Shown here one piece after another: positions 27,501 through 43,388 of a stretch of DNA of 64,000 nucleotides. Numbering within the stretch: position 1 is the first letter of the stretch; every line of letters begins with the position of its first letter. The DNA comes from the human T2T-CHM13v2.0 reference genome, Homo sapiens. The notes beneath the pieces are model-generated. The model saw only the letters and a list, made by a program, of their open reading frames with translations, did no database searches and was not told the DNA's origin. The DNA is taken from the NCBI RefSeq assembly GCF_009914755.1, contig NC_060928.1; one strand, given 5' to 3'. The position numbers and the translations under genes are program-made.

Positions 27501-29317
27501 GCATAGATGCAAAAATTCTAAACTGAACAATAGTAAGCTGAATTAATTAGAACATAAAAAGGATCATTTACCACAATCAACTCTGATTTATCCTTGGGAT
27601 GCGAGGATTGTTCAATATATGGAGATCAATCAGTGTGATTCACCATATTAACAGAATAAAGGATAAAAAATATATGATCATCTCAGTAGATGCAGAAAAA
27701 GCATTTGAAATAATTTAATGTCCTTTCAGAGTAAAATCTCTCAACAAATTAGGTATAGAAAAGTGTTTCTCAATATAACTTAGGCCATTTATAACAAGCC
27801 TGCAAATAACATCATAGTTAGCTTCACAGTTGAAGGTTATTCCTCTAAGATCAGAAACAAGATAAGCATGTTTATTCTCACCACTTCAATTCAACATATT
27901 ATGGGAAATCATATCCAGAGCAATCGGTGAAGAACACCAAGGAAAAGGCACTCGTATGGGAAAGAAAAAAGTGAAATTTTCTCTGCTGATGAAATGATCT
28001 TATAAACAGAAAAATCAAAACACCCCACCAAAAAAAAGAAAACCCTGTTAAAATGAATAAATGAATTTCAGTAAAGGCACAGGGCACAAAATCAACACAC
28101 AAAATTCAGTAGCATTTTCATATACTGAAAACAAACTATCTGAAAAGGAAATTAAGAAAAATCAATCTTATTTACAATTGCATGAAAAAGAACCTTAAGA
28201 ATAAATTTAACTAATGAAATAAAAGGTCTGTATACTGAAAACTATAAATCATTGATTAACTAAATTATATGACACAAATAAATAAAAAGATATCCTGTGT
28301 TCACTGATTGGAAGAATTAATATTTTTAAAATTTCCATACTACAAAAGCAAGCTACAGATTCAATGCAATTCCTACTGCAATGTCATTTTTCACAGAAAT
28401 AGGAAAAACAATTCTAAAATTTGTATGGAACTACTAAAGACCCTGAATAGCCAAAACAATCATGTGCAAAAGAACAAAGCTTGAGGCAACCCACTACCTA
28501 AAATATAGTACAAAGATATAGTAATCAAAATAGCATGATACTGGCATAAAAACACATACACTGACAAATGTAATAAGACAATGAGCCCAGAAATAAACTC
28601 ACACATATACAGTCAATTTATTTTTGGCAAAGGTGCCCAGAACACACAACAGGGAAAGATCAGTCTCTTTAATAAATGATGTTGGAAAAATTGGCTATCC
28701 ACATACAGAAGAATAAAATTTGAACCTCATTTTACCCTTTATACAAGAATCAACTCAAAATTGATTAAAATGTAAGACCTGAAACTCTAAAACTACCAGA
28801 AGAAAACACAGAGAAAATGTTCCACAAAATTGGTCTTGCCAATGATTTCCTGGATATCACCCAGGCAGCAAAGGCAGAGATAGACAAATGGGATTATGTC
28901 ACACTGAAAAGCTTCTGCACAGCAACAGAAACAATTAACAAATTGAAGAAACAACCTATATATTGAGAGAAAATATTTGAAAATCATACATCAGATAATG
29001 GTCTAATATTGAAAATACATAAAAGACACAAAGTACTCAATAACAAGAAACAAAATAACCCAATTTAAAAATGGTCAAAGGACCTGCATAGAAATTTCTC
29101 AAAAGAAGACATACATATGGACAGCAGATACATGAAAAAGTGCTCCACATCACCTGTTATTAGGAAAATACAAATTAAAACCACAATGAGCTACCACCTC
29201 ATACACAGTAGAGTGGCTGTTATAAAAAATATTAAAGATAACAATTTTTTGGCAAGGATGTGGAGAAAGGGAACCCTAGCACATTGTTGGTGTGAATGTA
29301 AATGTAAACTAATATAA

Positions 29318-29580
<263 letters not shown>

Positions 29581-30259
29581 TGAAAACAGTATAGAGGTTC
29601 CTCAAAAAACTAAAAAGAGTATTAGCATATGATCTGGCACTCTTACTTCTAGCTGCATAGCCAAAAGAACTGAAATCAGTATGTTGAAACCTCTCCAAGT
29701 TCGTTGCAGCACTATTAACACAGCGAAAATTCGGAAACAACCTAAATAACCATCAATGGATAAATGGATAAGGAAAATGTGATATGTATACACAAGGAAT
29801 AGTATTCAGCCTTTTTAAAAAAAGAGGAAATTCTGTCATTTGTGACAACATGGATGTATTTAAGGACATAGTGCTAAGTGATATAAGACAGGTACAGAAG
29901 ACAGGTATCACATTTATCTCACTTTTATGTGAAACCTAAGGAAGTAGTAGTAGAAAGGCAATTACCAGAGGGGTTGGGATGATACAAGAAAAGGGGAAAT
30001 GTCAGCCAAAGGGTACAAAGTTTCAGTTAGACAGGAGGAATACATTCTAGTGATCTATCACACAGCATGGTAACTGTAGTTAATAACAATATACATTTCA
30101 AACTTGCTAAAAAAGGAGATTTTTGAATGTTCTCTCTGCAAGGAAATGCTAAGGATGTGAGGTGATGGATACGTTAATTGACTTGATTTAATCATGCCAC
30201 AATGAATACATGTATCATAACATCACATTGTAGCCCATAAATATATGCAATTATAATTT

Positions 30260-30503
30260 CCTTTTTTTATTTTTAATATTGTCGGTATATGGTATGTATA
30301 TATATTATGGGATTCATGAGATATTTTGATACAGGCATGCAATGCGTAATAATCACATCATGGAGAATGGGGTATTCATCCCCTCAAGGATTTATCCTTT
30401 GTGTTACAAACAATCCAATTACACTCTTTTAGTTATTTTAAAATGTACGACTAATGTATTAATGACTATGGTAACCCTATTATGCTATCAAATAGTAGGT
30501 CTC
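30260..30503 (-). mobile_element. L1MA2/3-like 3' terminus nested in the 3' end of insertion A
   Basis: 'catgagatattttgatacaggcatgcaatgcgtaataatcacatcatggagaatgggg'; TSD atgcaattataattt (30245-30259) / atgtaattattattt (30504-30518). Confidence 0.88.
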
Positions 30504-30726
30504 ATGTAATTATTATTTTCAATTACAAATAAAATAAAAATTTAGAAAGGATTTATTTATAAAGCCCTGAATAACTTTATCAACATGTTTTCCAAAATAT
30601 ATATTTACAAAACCCTACATAACTGTAAAAACGTATTTCTGGATACCTTAATCTTCAGACCCTTTCAGTTTCGTTCTTAATAAATGAATGCCAAAATAAA
30701 ATGTTCATTTTATTAAGAAAGTAAAG

Positions 30727-31538
30727 TTCTTTTATCTTTTTGATAATAGTGTTTTGTTGTTGTTGTTGTTGTTGTTGTTGTTTGTTTGAGATGGATTCTT
30801 GCTCTCTCACCTAGGCTGGAGTGCAGTGGCGCAATCTCGTCTCACTGCAATCCTCGCCTTCTGGGTTCAAGGGATTCTCCTGCCTCAGCCTCCTGAGTAG
30901 CTGGGACTACAGACACATGACACCACACCTGGCTTAGTTTTTGTATTTTTGGTAGAGATGGGGTTTCGACTTGTTATCCAGGATGTTCTCGATCTCCTGT
31001 CCTCGTGATCCACCCACCACAGCCTCCCAAAGTGCTGGGATTACAGGCGTGAACCACCGCACCTGGCCTGTTAATAGTATTTTTTATGCTGGAGTGTGGT
31101 GATATTTTATGGCAGTTTTAATTTGCATTTCTCTGATGTTGTAACGTTGAACTGTTTTTTAATACACTTGTTGGCCATTTGTATCTCTTCATTCGATAAA
31201 TGTCTATTTAGGATTTTTGCTCCTTTTAAAAATCAGGTTATTTTATTTTATTTTTGTCTGTCGAGTTGTTTGAGTTTCCTACATATTTAAAATATTAACT
31301 TCTTGTCAGATGTACAGTTTGTGAATATTTTCTCCCATTCTGTATGTTGCCTCTTCACTCTGTTGATTATTTCCTCTGCTGTGCAGAAGCTTTTTAGTTT
31401 CAGGCAATCCTATTTATTCAATCTCATTTTTGTTGCCTGTAGTTTTAAGGTCTTATCCCACAAAAATTCTTGCCCATACCAATGTAATGAAGCATTTTCC
31501 TTATGTTTTCTTCTAGTAGTTTCATAGTTTCAGGTCTC
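30727..31538 (-). mobile_element. Inverted 5' segment of L1MA insertion B (interrupted by an Alu)
   Basis: Antisense late ORF2 ('gtgcagaagctttttagttt'). Left end reads ctattatcaaaaagataaaagaa on the minus strand. Confidence 0.88.
30752..31068 (-). mobile_element. AluSc-like with (GTT)n tail
   Basis: Full Alu; TSD tgataatagt / tgttaatagt. Confidence 0.95.
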
Positions 31539-32202
31539 AAAGACAGGAGTTGTTGAGGTTGTGGAAAAGTAAATTCTTACATACTGTTGGTGGGAATGTA
31601 AATTAGTGCAGCCCTTATGAAAAACAGTATGGAGTTTCCACAAAAATAATTAAAAATAGAACTACTATATATGCAATTCACCAATCTCACTAGAAATTAG
31701 GGTATCAGAGAAATATCTGCATTTTCATTTTAATTGTAGCACTATTCACAATAGCCAAGATATGGAGTCTAGGTATCCAACAACATAAGAATGGATAAAG
31801 AAAATGTGATATGTATACACAATGGAATACTTTCAGCCATAACAAAATTAAATTCTGTCATTCGTGACAGCATAGATCAACCTAGAGGACATTATGGTAA
31901 GTGACATAAGCAAGGCACAGAAATAAAAATATGGCGTGATCTCATTCAGATGCAGAATCTAAAAAAGTGGGTCTCATAAAAGTAGAGAGTACAAAGGTGC
32001 TTATAAAAGCCTGGGGAGGTTATGGGGAGGGGGTGGATGGGGAAATGCTGATCAGAGGATACAAAATTGCAGTTAAGAGGAATAAGTTCAGGAGATCTAT
32101 CATACAACAAGGTGACTATAGGTAATGATTATATATGGCATTCATGTGAAATGTAAAAAGAGGGATGTCATGGGCTATTCGCCACAGAATTAGAAAATAT
32201 AA
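31539..32202 (+). mobile_element. L1MA (MA5-like) insertion B, ORF2 end plus 3' UTR, apparently 3'-shortened
   Basis: 'gaggttgtggaaaag...actgttggtgggaatgtaaattagtgcagcc', 'gaggaataagttcaggagatctat'; TSD-like aagaaagtaaagttct (30715-30730) / aagaaagaagttct (32203-32216). Confidence 0.88.
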
Positions 32203-33906
32203 AAGAAAGAAGTTCTAAACAGAAATCATAGTGTAGGGAAAAGAACATGAGCGTGGATATTGGACAAATCTGGAGTTTTTTCTCACTTTTCCACTGTTTC
32301 TTATGAACAGTGATAGTGATAAAGTATGTATCCTATTTTTCTCTTTCACCATTTGCAATAATAATAACACTTGCCTTTTAGAACTGTAAATGTTTGATAA
32401 AATATGCCATAGGCTTTTGCCATTTAACTGTGCATCCTCTATCAATGGCACTATTTTCACTAAAATTTAGAACAGAATATAAACAAATGTATAAATCCCG
32501 AAAAGCAGTTTCAAATCACCAGTGACTGAGAAATCTCTCTCAACCCTATACTTCTAAAACACTTAGCCAACAAGTTTATTTTATACATTTTCCTTTAAAA
32601 ACTTTACACTCTAAAATTCTATTGAATTACTACTATTTATTTACTTTCTTCACTTATTGTCTTTTCAAAATTCAAACCCCGTAAAAACCACCGAATTATA
32701 ATTTGGATGGAGAAAATACTTGTTAAATTTACAACTTTTCATCATTTGTCTTTAGGTGATATTGTTGAAACTGAAAATAATAAGCTCTGAAAAAAATACT
32801 GGAAATAAATAGCAACCACTTCACATTTATGAAGGAAAATAAAGGCAAAATATGAATAAAAATAAAATCGTTTTATAGTGTCTGTAATGCTCAATTGTTG
32901 ACAATATTTCCATATTATATAATACAAATCTTGTTTTAATCCATAATATAATGTTTATCTGGAAAAAAGTTTTCCTTACTTCTACAACTTGTTGGTCAAA
33001 CTTTAGTTATGCTTCACATTTCCAGAGAGGATGACTTTTCTTTCATTTTGGAATCTCTGAAATAAAGCAAATATATATTTTCTGGCAAAGAGTACTAAGA
33101 AAATGTTTTATTAGAATCCAAAACTTCTTGCTTTCTTGAAAATATTCAAAATATGAATATTTCATCAGTTACCAAATATTGGTAACTTAATTATTTTTGA
33201 ACTAAATTCTAATTAACTATAGCTTTCTCTAATATTTCCTATATTTTACAAAATCATGGTTTTTGTAGCATATATTTGTGCAGATGAATGAAGTCTACAT
33301 ATTAGAAACTTTTATTTTGCTCAACTTGAGTTTACTTAGCAAAACAATGCATGCCACTGTAAAAGAAAGAAAAATAATAAATTTAGTGATTGACTTAACA
33401 GTGATATAAACTAGGGCCAATTTGCAAGTTGTTAAATCTATGGGAAGACACTATCTGGATTTGTATGAGCAAACTTCGGCGTCTATCAGGCTAAGCTGGT
33501 GACAGTTGCTTTTTTTCTCATTTTTTATTCTCCCTCAATACATCTCATAAGATGCACTCACTTTTATGGTACAAAATTTTTCAACCTAAATTTCACTCAA
33601 ATTTCTATCTCCTGTCTTTCCGTTATTTACACAAGTTTTTTTTTTTTTCAAGTGTTTCCTATGCCCTTTCATTTTAGGACACTAAGACCCCTCTTAAAGA
33701 CATTATTAATAGCCTAATTTAGAATTTTCCCAGTCCTAAATCTAGTAACTTGTTATTGCTTCTTCCTGTTAATGTTTTTCATAATTTTCCCAATTTCCTC
33801 TGCTTCAATGAATTCCCGTCAAATATCAAGCTGAGGTGATTCTGTAATTTATTTACTTATTCTTTTGTTCATGCATCACAAATATATTGATCCTACTAAA
33901 ATATGA

Positions 33907-34246
<340 letters not shown>

Positions 34247-36299
34247 TACTTTTCCTTTTTTGAAGGTATAAGCCCTCATAAGCCCACAATAAGTGACAGA
34301 CAACTGATGTACATTGGACAGACTGACAAAACCATCAGTCAGTAATACTGCAGCAAGTCTCTGTTGACAGTTCAACTACAGCAGAATTCATACTTTCTTC
34401 TCAATCTAAGCTTGTACCAGGCTTTGTCTGCCTTGTCTCCAGAATGTTCTATCATGTCTCAATTTGATATTTTGATCCAATATTATTAGTGTCACCAATA
34501 GTGTTATTAAAATATAATTTATTATCTATATATGGATATTTTTGACTATGAAAAGGGACAATAAATATAAAAATAGATAATTTTTGAATATTTTATCTCT
34601 TGAATGACAAACTGTTTGATAGAGTATACATTTATGAAATTTGAAACAAAAAACCCATCAAAAGTTTGTTTCCACAAGTTCACATATTCTTAAAAACTCT
34701 TGTAAAATTTTAAAATCAAATATTGTACACCACTTGATCTCTGCCATTATTCAATTTATTTAGTCCTCCTTATTTGAGAGAATAGATTTTTATGTCCTTC
34801 TGTTTCAAAATACTTATTTTAAATAATTTCAATTTTCTGAAAACTTCAAAAGTGATTTTGTTTTTGTTATTGCCTCTAATTCATTATTCTTTATGAATAG
34901 CTGTTCTCCAACTACTTTGGAAATGTAATCATAATTTATAAGGCTCATTTGCAAAAAGGTTCAGTTTCATAGGTGGGCTCTTAGGTTGCTAATTAAATAG
35001 TTCCTCAGAAGCACAAATATTTTAAATTGATAAGCTGTGAAAAGAAAAATTGCATATTGGTACACTTCAAGTATTTTTTGTATCAACATCAGATTTGTGT
35101 TTGTGTGTGTAATCTATAAATAGGTAATATATACTTATTTTGTGAATATTTTTAAACATTTGAAAACTTGACAAGTATAGATTCCTATATATATTACATT
35201 TTCACCACAACCAATTCCATGTATATTCCTGCTTGACAGATGTTTAATCAGAATGTTGCTTTAACTGTGATACCATGCTTCAGTCAAATTTATATTCATA
35301 GTAACTTATAAACCTAGGTAATTTTATCTGGAATATTGATCTATGAAACTGAATTATAACTGCAAATTTATTTTCACAATACTGTCAGATGTTTCATCTT
35401 TGGCAGAATAAACTTCTAAAACGTTTAATTCATGAATTTGATGAAAATTTTGAGCCATCATTGGCAGTAAGTGAATTACTATAGAAAGTAACTGATGATA
35501 TCCTATTGCATTATTTAACAATTTTGACTTTGTTTTGATGTTAACAGATGTTACACATTAATACATCCTAGTCCAATTTTTAAATATGCAAAAGAAAACT
35601 TGAAACTAAAAATTAGCAAAATTAATTTAGAAGAATCACTTGATCTGAATAAAAAATGAATCATAACAAAATCATATACAAAAACAACTCTTACAGCTGA
35701 ATATTTTCATTATCTTTGTTTCAAAACTACTAACTTTTGAAATATTGCTGATGTTTCTTTAGCAGATATGTGTCTTCATCATCATAATTTTATGTTGCTA
35801 GCAATACTATTATGAATTCCTTAGTGGATGACTAATGTTTGTTAACAGTTTGTTGGAATAATTTGTCTAGTAAATATATATTTTTATTATTTTGTGCTAA
35901 TTGTGACTAAAATATTTTGTTACAAAATTGCAAATGTTACTTAATGAAAAGCAAGTTTGTATATTTATAATATTTTATAAATGGCAAATCTCCACAACAG
36001 ATATAACTGGATAACTTTCTATAAAATACAACACAATCAAATGGGGAATTGATCTCAATTACTAGCACATATTTTCTAGATATCTAAACTATAATCTACT
36101 ACCATATAAAATTATTATATCTAGGAATTGCTTAAATTTAGAGATTATATACTTCAGTATTCAACTCTTGATCATAAATTTATATATTTCCTCTTCTCTA
36201 CTCCATTAATTCCCTGTAATTCCTGATTTCAGACTAAATTAAAATGAATTTTTCCTTAATTCCTATTTTCTTTAAAAAATTAGGTCTATTTCCCTTTTT

Positions 36300-37170
36300 C
36301 CTTATCCTAACCTACCCATTATCCATCATGTAAGCCATACTTCTTTCATTATTATTTCCTTTTAGACAAATCTGAATCTGATCTCAACACTATCATACGA
36401 CTTTCCTTTTGCACATAAAACGCTGATCACTGATATTAAAAAATCATACAAAATATACTTTGAATTGCAATAAGATCTGAATCCTGTCTTGAAATTTTCC
36501 TGTTTTCCTAATAAATTTCCTATTTCTAGCTTCCAGCCTTATTCTTATAACTCAACTCAACACATTTCTCAGAACATGATTCATGTTCTATTTCTATTCT
36601 TGGAAATCAGGGTATTGAGAAACTTCACATTACTGCTGTCTACACCTCAAAATTCTACCTACGTCTTTCATCATGCTTCCTTGCTTACAGTTCAGTGGAA
36701 ACAGAGTTCCTTTTCTTATTGATGGTATATATCTACTCTCTGACCTAACTGGTTTCTATTTCCTCAGGGAATTTCTTCATCTACTCTCCCACCTTTTGTT
36801 CTATTTTGGACAATAAAGAGTAATAGCAATAATAATAATAATTATAGCCACAGTAAATATGATTCCATCAACTCTAGTTCTGAGTATCTAGTTATTGTCC
36901 TTATCAACCTTCCATTTGGTGCCTAGTTCCCAAATCAATTTGTCCACATTTAGTGTATTTACTTGCTAATTTCCCACTTATCTATTCCAGCAGTCCCCTG
37001 ATACTAACCTGTATTGTTCACCAATGGCATATTAGCAGAATATTTTCAGTCATCCCTTGGATGTCTGACATTGTCGACCTTTCCCAAGTTTTTGAAACTT
37101 TAGATTTCCTTGGTGGCTTCATTCTCTCTGATGACTCATTATTAATTGCCTTTGCAAAATCTTTTTCATT
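36300..37170 (+). mobile_element. L2 ORF2 (RT) remnant
   Basis: ORF 36953 'FSVIPWMSDIVDLSQVFETLDFLG' aligns loosely with L2 RT '[29 protein letters not shown]'; pyrimidine-rich L2 sense composition. Confidence 0.6.
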
Positions 37171-37699
37171 TTTATTTCCAATGGTGGAACTTCTGAGAAT
37201 TTTAAAAGAACTCAAATGATAAATAAGGTGAGGGCTAAAAATGGTAATTAGATTTGTTATAAGGGTGATGTTAATACCTTTGACAGGTGCATTTTCACTG
37301 GTGGTGAGTAGAAAATTATACAGAAGTCAGTTGCGGGGTGAACGCAAGGTAACGACATGTACATATCTTTCAAGAAATCGACTATAAATGGTAAGAGAGA
37401 AATATACCTGTAGATAATGAGTAGACAGGGTCAAATTTTTTAAATAAATTCATATATGTATATTTTTGTATATATTTATATATGTAATTTTAAAATTCAT
37501 ATATGTGTGTGTATATATATATACTTGTTTTATGATTGGAATCAATTTGCAATGCTTAAATCTCTAAAAAAAAAAGACATCAAGATTCTAATTTAGAAGG
37601 GCATGTATAATCTTAGATTTCCTACTTTCTTTTACCATCCATTGTCTTTTGATTTCTAACACTGATTAAAGTTTCAAATCTTGCTAATTCTAATATATT

Positions 37700-37980
37700 T
37701 AGTACCTTAGTATCTAAAACATGTAACTTACCAAATTATAAAATCTGTCATTTAGTTCTCATTGACTTTAGAATAAAATCCAAACTCCTTAGCATAGAAT
37801 AAAACATCCTTCATTAATGAGCACTTTACTAATACTTAGGTCCACATTTTACTACTCTTGCCTCCTGAATCTATTTACAGATATTTGTATCCATAATCTT
37901 CAGAAATGTTGATATAAGTGCTTCTTCTTCCTGAAAATTCTCTTCCTCTCTTTACCAGCTTAGTTTATTTTGCATAATTT
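37700..37980 (+). mobile_element. L2 fragment
   Basis: 'ctcattgactttagaataaaatccaaactccttagcatag'. Confidence 0.7.
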
Positions 37981-37984
37981 GGAA

Positions 37985-38790
37985 CATTTATTTATTCAAC
38001 AAAGATTTGTTGTGAGTGTATGAAGCATAATATTAGGTGTTGATAACAGATGAAGAAAAATGGTAAGAATATAAAGATAGAGATATGCTTGCATGTTGCT
38101 GATATTCTGGTGAAAGCTATTTATATTATGATTAACAATATAATATAAATATGTAATGCAACAAGCATTATTATTATGGGGGAAATTACAAAATACTATG
38201 CAAAGATATAACAAAATGCCTTAGCCTTTTGGAAAGGTTTGCAAAGGGTATTTAGGATAAACGCTATTTAATATAAATTAATTAATGAATGAGATAATGC
38301 AGCCATGAGACATGATAATTGAGTAGCAAAATCAGAGTGGGAAAGATTTAAGAAAAGTGCAAGAAGAAAGAAACTGTACACTTTAATGATTAAACTGGAA
38401 CTTTGAGCATTAGCAAAATAGACAGAAAGTCACAGTGGTTGGAAAGAAATTTAGCAGGGAGAAAAAAATAGTGTGAGCTTAGTCTAGAGATAAACACCAG
38501 GGCATAATTATGCAGGAGCTTACAGACCATAATAAAAAATAAAGTTTTTTAAAATCAAAGGAAATATTTCCATATGTTTTTACACAAATTTGTCCTATGA
38601 TCATATAAAAATGTTTAAAACACAATTTGAGATGTTGCCTAGAGGCCAGACAGACAGCATCCATGCCAGAGTGAATGTAGGACAACATGAAGAGATTATT
38701 ATATACTTGAGATAAAAATGATGAGTTGAACTAGGATACTGAAACTGGACATGAAAAGAAGGAGCTGACTGAAGAGTTTTAATAGGAGAG
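37985..38790 (-). mobile_element. L2 3' region
   Basis: Starts 'atttattcaacaaagatttgttg...taggtgttgataacagatga'; antisense L2 motifs continue to about 38790. Confidence 0.7.
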
Positions 38791-38929
38791 TTTTATAATT
38801 CAATAGTGGAAATAAGAGAGAGGAAATAAGATATTATTTTTTGAGAATATTTACTAGAACCCTCTAGTACAGGTTAGTGCTCGTTTATATGCATTTTGGG
38901 CTTACGTCACTTTTAGAATTGACTACATA

Positions 38930-39062
38930 TAATTGTCATTATTTATCTTTCTTCTCCTGAGACAATAAGCTATTAAGAGTAACAATATATCCTCCTTTTA
39001 TTGCTGTATGTTCAGTGACAAATATAATGTCTAAATTATTTTTTGTTTAATAAATATAAAAA
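38930..39062 (+). mobile_element. L2 3' end
   Basis: 'gacaataagctattaagag...ttgctgtatgttcagtgac...gtttaataaatat'. Confidence 0.55.
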
Positions 39063-40639
39063 TTTGGGTGGTAGGAAAAGATTTTGGAAATTATAGGTAT
39101 CCCTTGACTTTCTGGGTGCTTCTAACAATTACCTTGTTTCTTGCTCTTTCTTGTTCCAGGACAAGTCTGCATGTGTGTATACAAGGAGTGAGAACTTACA
39201 ATTTTAAATACTCACATGAATATCTCAAGTCAAATTGACTCAGAAAAATCATGATCTTTGTAAATTCTCATTTGGAAAGGATTTGACTTAAATAATAGCA
39301 ATGATGATGTTTAACAGAAATGCCTTTACATAACAATGTTGTGGTTTACTGAAAAAAGCACTATATTGATAATCAATAAACCTTGGTCTGATACTGAGTA
39401 GTTGTGAGTTACTGAATAAAATTAAGAAATTATTTGATATTTGCATAGAACATTTTACCTTTCCTTGTTCTTCACCACACATGCAACTGTTCTGCCTCTT
39501 TAATTACCTCTCTTATGCTATTCCTATGGCTACATTCCACAGAGAGTTGCTAGGCACCTCCCAGACATGAATAAGAGAATCAATTTTCATAAATGATACA
39601 TCCAGAGGAGTAAATTCAAAGACTTGGAAAACAGCAGTTCTCTAGGTTTGCAGCAATGCTTCTTGCATTGCAAATCTCTGGTGCTGAGAGCATGTGAAGA
39701 TGTGAAAACAGCAGGCCTCTTAGTCATCTGTGGACTGCAGGGCTGTGGTGAGCCCACCACAGGCTGGATAGCTGGAAGGTACCCTTTAAAAGGCCCTGAT
39801 GTACTTGAAACCATATGGCAAAGCTGTGAATATTGGGAAATAAGAACAGCAGCAGAGCTACTTGTTGTGCCACAGTCAGAAACCCAGTGACTTCTGCATT
39901 ATCTGAAAGGCTCAGAACAAACACTATTAACCTAAGAAAAAAAAATGAATATTTATAGATTAAAAATTAATGTGTTAATTTCATTTTAATTTTTAATTGT
40001 ATGTATTTTAACTTTTTCTCTGATGAGATATGTGGTCTGCCTCTTCATGGACCGATAAAGGGCCTTTTACATATCCAGTATGTGGAAAAACAAAAAAGAC
40101 AGTTATCAATCTACCATATGCAATCAAGCAGCAATTTATGACAAGAAGTAAATACCATTGGCTATCTTACCCAAGTACCATATGTTAAACACATTAGAAA
40201 TTGTGAACTGATGTTACCATTGTCACTATTAATAATGGAAACTAATAGATACAGAAAATATATATTTACACTTATTTATTTAGAGGGTTATCTTGATTGT
40301 TCTTTTTGTTTTGTTTTGTTTTCTTTCTGCAACCTAATTAGCTCTGCCATCTACAAGACCTACGTTTATGCCTTAGAGTAATGATAAAGAGAAATTCAAA
40401 TATTGTAATAATGTTCGAGTTTGCATAGCCAGAAAAGCTAAGTTTAACTGCTTCTGACTTAGTTTTAAGACTCACTTGATAACTCTAGTTGATGGTATAT
40501 CACAACACTTCTTCCAACAGAAACTCTGTGCTGGTATTTCTGAAACAAGCTTATAAATTCATCAGAACTTCAGCCAAGAAAATTAAGAAATGTTTATATG
40601 GGCACATCTGTTTTTATGAATTTGAATAGATTGACATTA

Positions 40640-42170
<1,531 letters not shown>

Positions 42171-42494
42171 ATCCTTTTAAATACCCCTTTTCTCTCTGAT
42201 CCATATCTCTCACATACTGCATGTATGCTATTCATCACCAGAAAGTGCATACTAAATACCCATTATTGGTACTGCTATTTTAATTACTAAAGATAAATGA
42301 TAAAGAAAATATAGGGTTCCTATTCTCATATTCAAAGTGTTTTAACTTCAGGAAATACATATTTAATATATTTTCCATTTAATAATAAGTTAATTGTAGC
42401 ACTTACAAAGGCAACTAATTATAATGTAGGCTATTGGGATACATAAATTAAATTCACTGAGAATGTTCCATTATTATTCCTGCTTTTGTTCTAG

Positions 42495-42534
42495 CAAAAA
42501 TAAAATATTATGTATCCTCTCAAGAATTTGCAAG
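42495..42534 (+). other. Candidate 40-nt exon (host transcript unknown)
   Basis: Acceptor 'ttcctgcttttgttctag' and consensus donor 'AAG|gtgagt' in non-repeat DNA; could be chance. Confidence 0.25.
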
Positions 42535-43320
42535 GTGAGTATTTTAATCCGTCAATAGCTCTACCCACTCACTTAAAAATTAATTTATATGTTTTTATTT
42601 GTTTTTGTTGAGCCACAAACCATGTTCATAATAGTCTTACGTGCTATAGAAGTAATAAAGGTACAGAAAACATAGCCTCTGTTCCAAATGGCTTGCAGTC
42701 TAAATGAAACAAAATGAAAATTCCAGAAAAGCAACTCAGATGCATCAAAGGAGAAATGGAGTTGTATTTTGATAGAATTGCTATCTATACACAACATTAG
42801 GCAAGTATCTCATGAAGTAAAATTTGTTTTCGGAAACCTGTTAACAAGGCATCGCATTGGGCACTGCAATAGCAATTCTTAACTAAATTAACACAGCCAC
42901 TTTCCTCACAATGTTTTCTAGTTGAGTACTAAATGAAGCTGTTGGCTTCCTTGTATTTGAGGGCCAAGGAAATAAGACCTTATATTTTACCTTCAAACAC
43001 TAGCCACATCAGTGTTGAGAGTGCAAATTTGGTACTAAAACTGGCTAAAGAAATAGCAGAAAAATTTTTACCATATCATATCCATAAGGAGACATACTCA
43101 GTTGTGCTAGATGGCAAAGAGAATACACTATTTAAATTGCTATATTTGCATACAAGCTCATTCTCTTTCTTTTTCTCTCTGCTTTTCTTTCTTTTAATTC
43201 TATCACAATTAACCTCCAGTAGGTTAAAAATACATGCATGCTGGTTCTTAACTGTTATTTAAAAAATAAAACTAAGACATTTATGTGGACTAAACAAACC
43301 TATATATTACATTAGGGAAA

Positions 43321-43388
43321 CATATATATATGTATATACATATGTATACATATATACATATATATACACATATGTACACATATATATG
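43321..43388. repeat. (TA/CA/TG)n alternating purine-pyrimidine tract
   Basis: Direct read. Confidence 0.9.

Noticed and set aside
29117-29317. ORF resembling the L1 ORF2p C-terminus (also 61469-61672)
   Set aside because: Short surviving frames of decayed L1 copies, not functional CDS.
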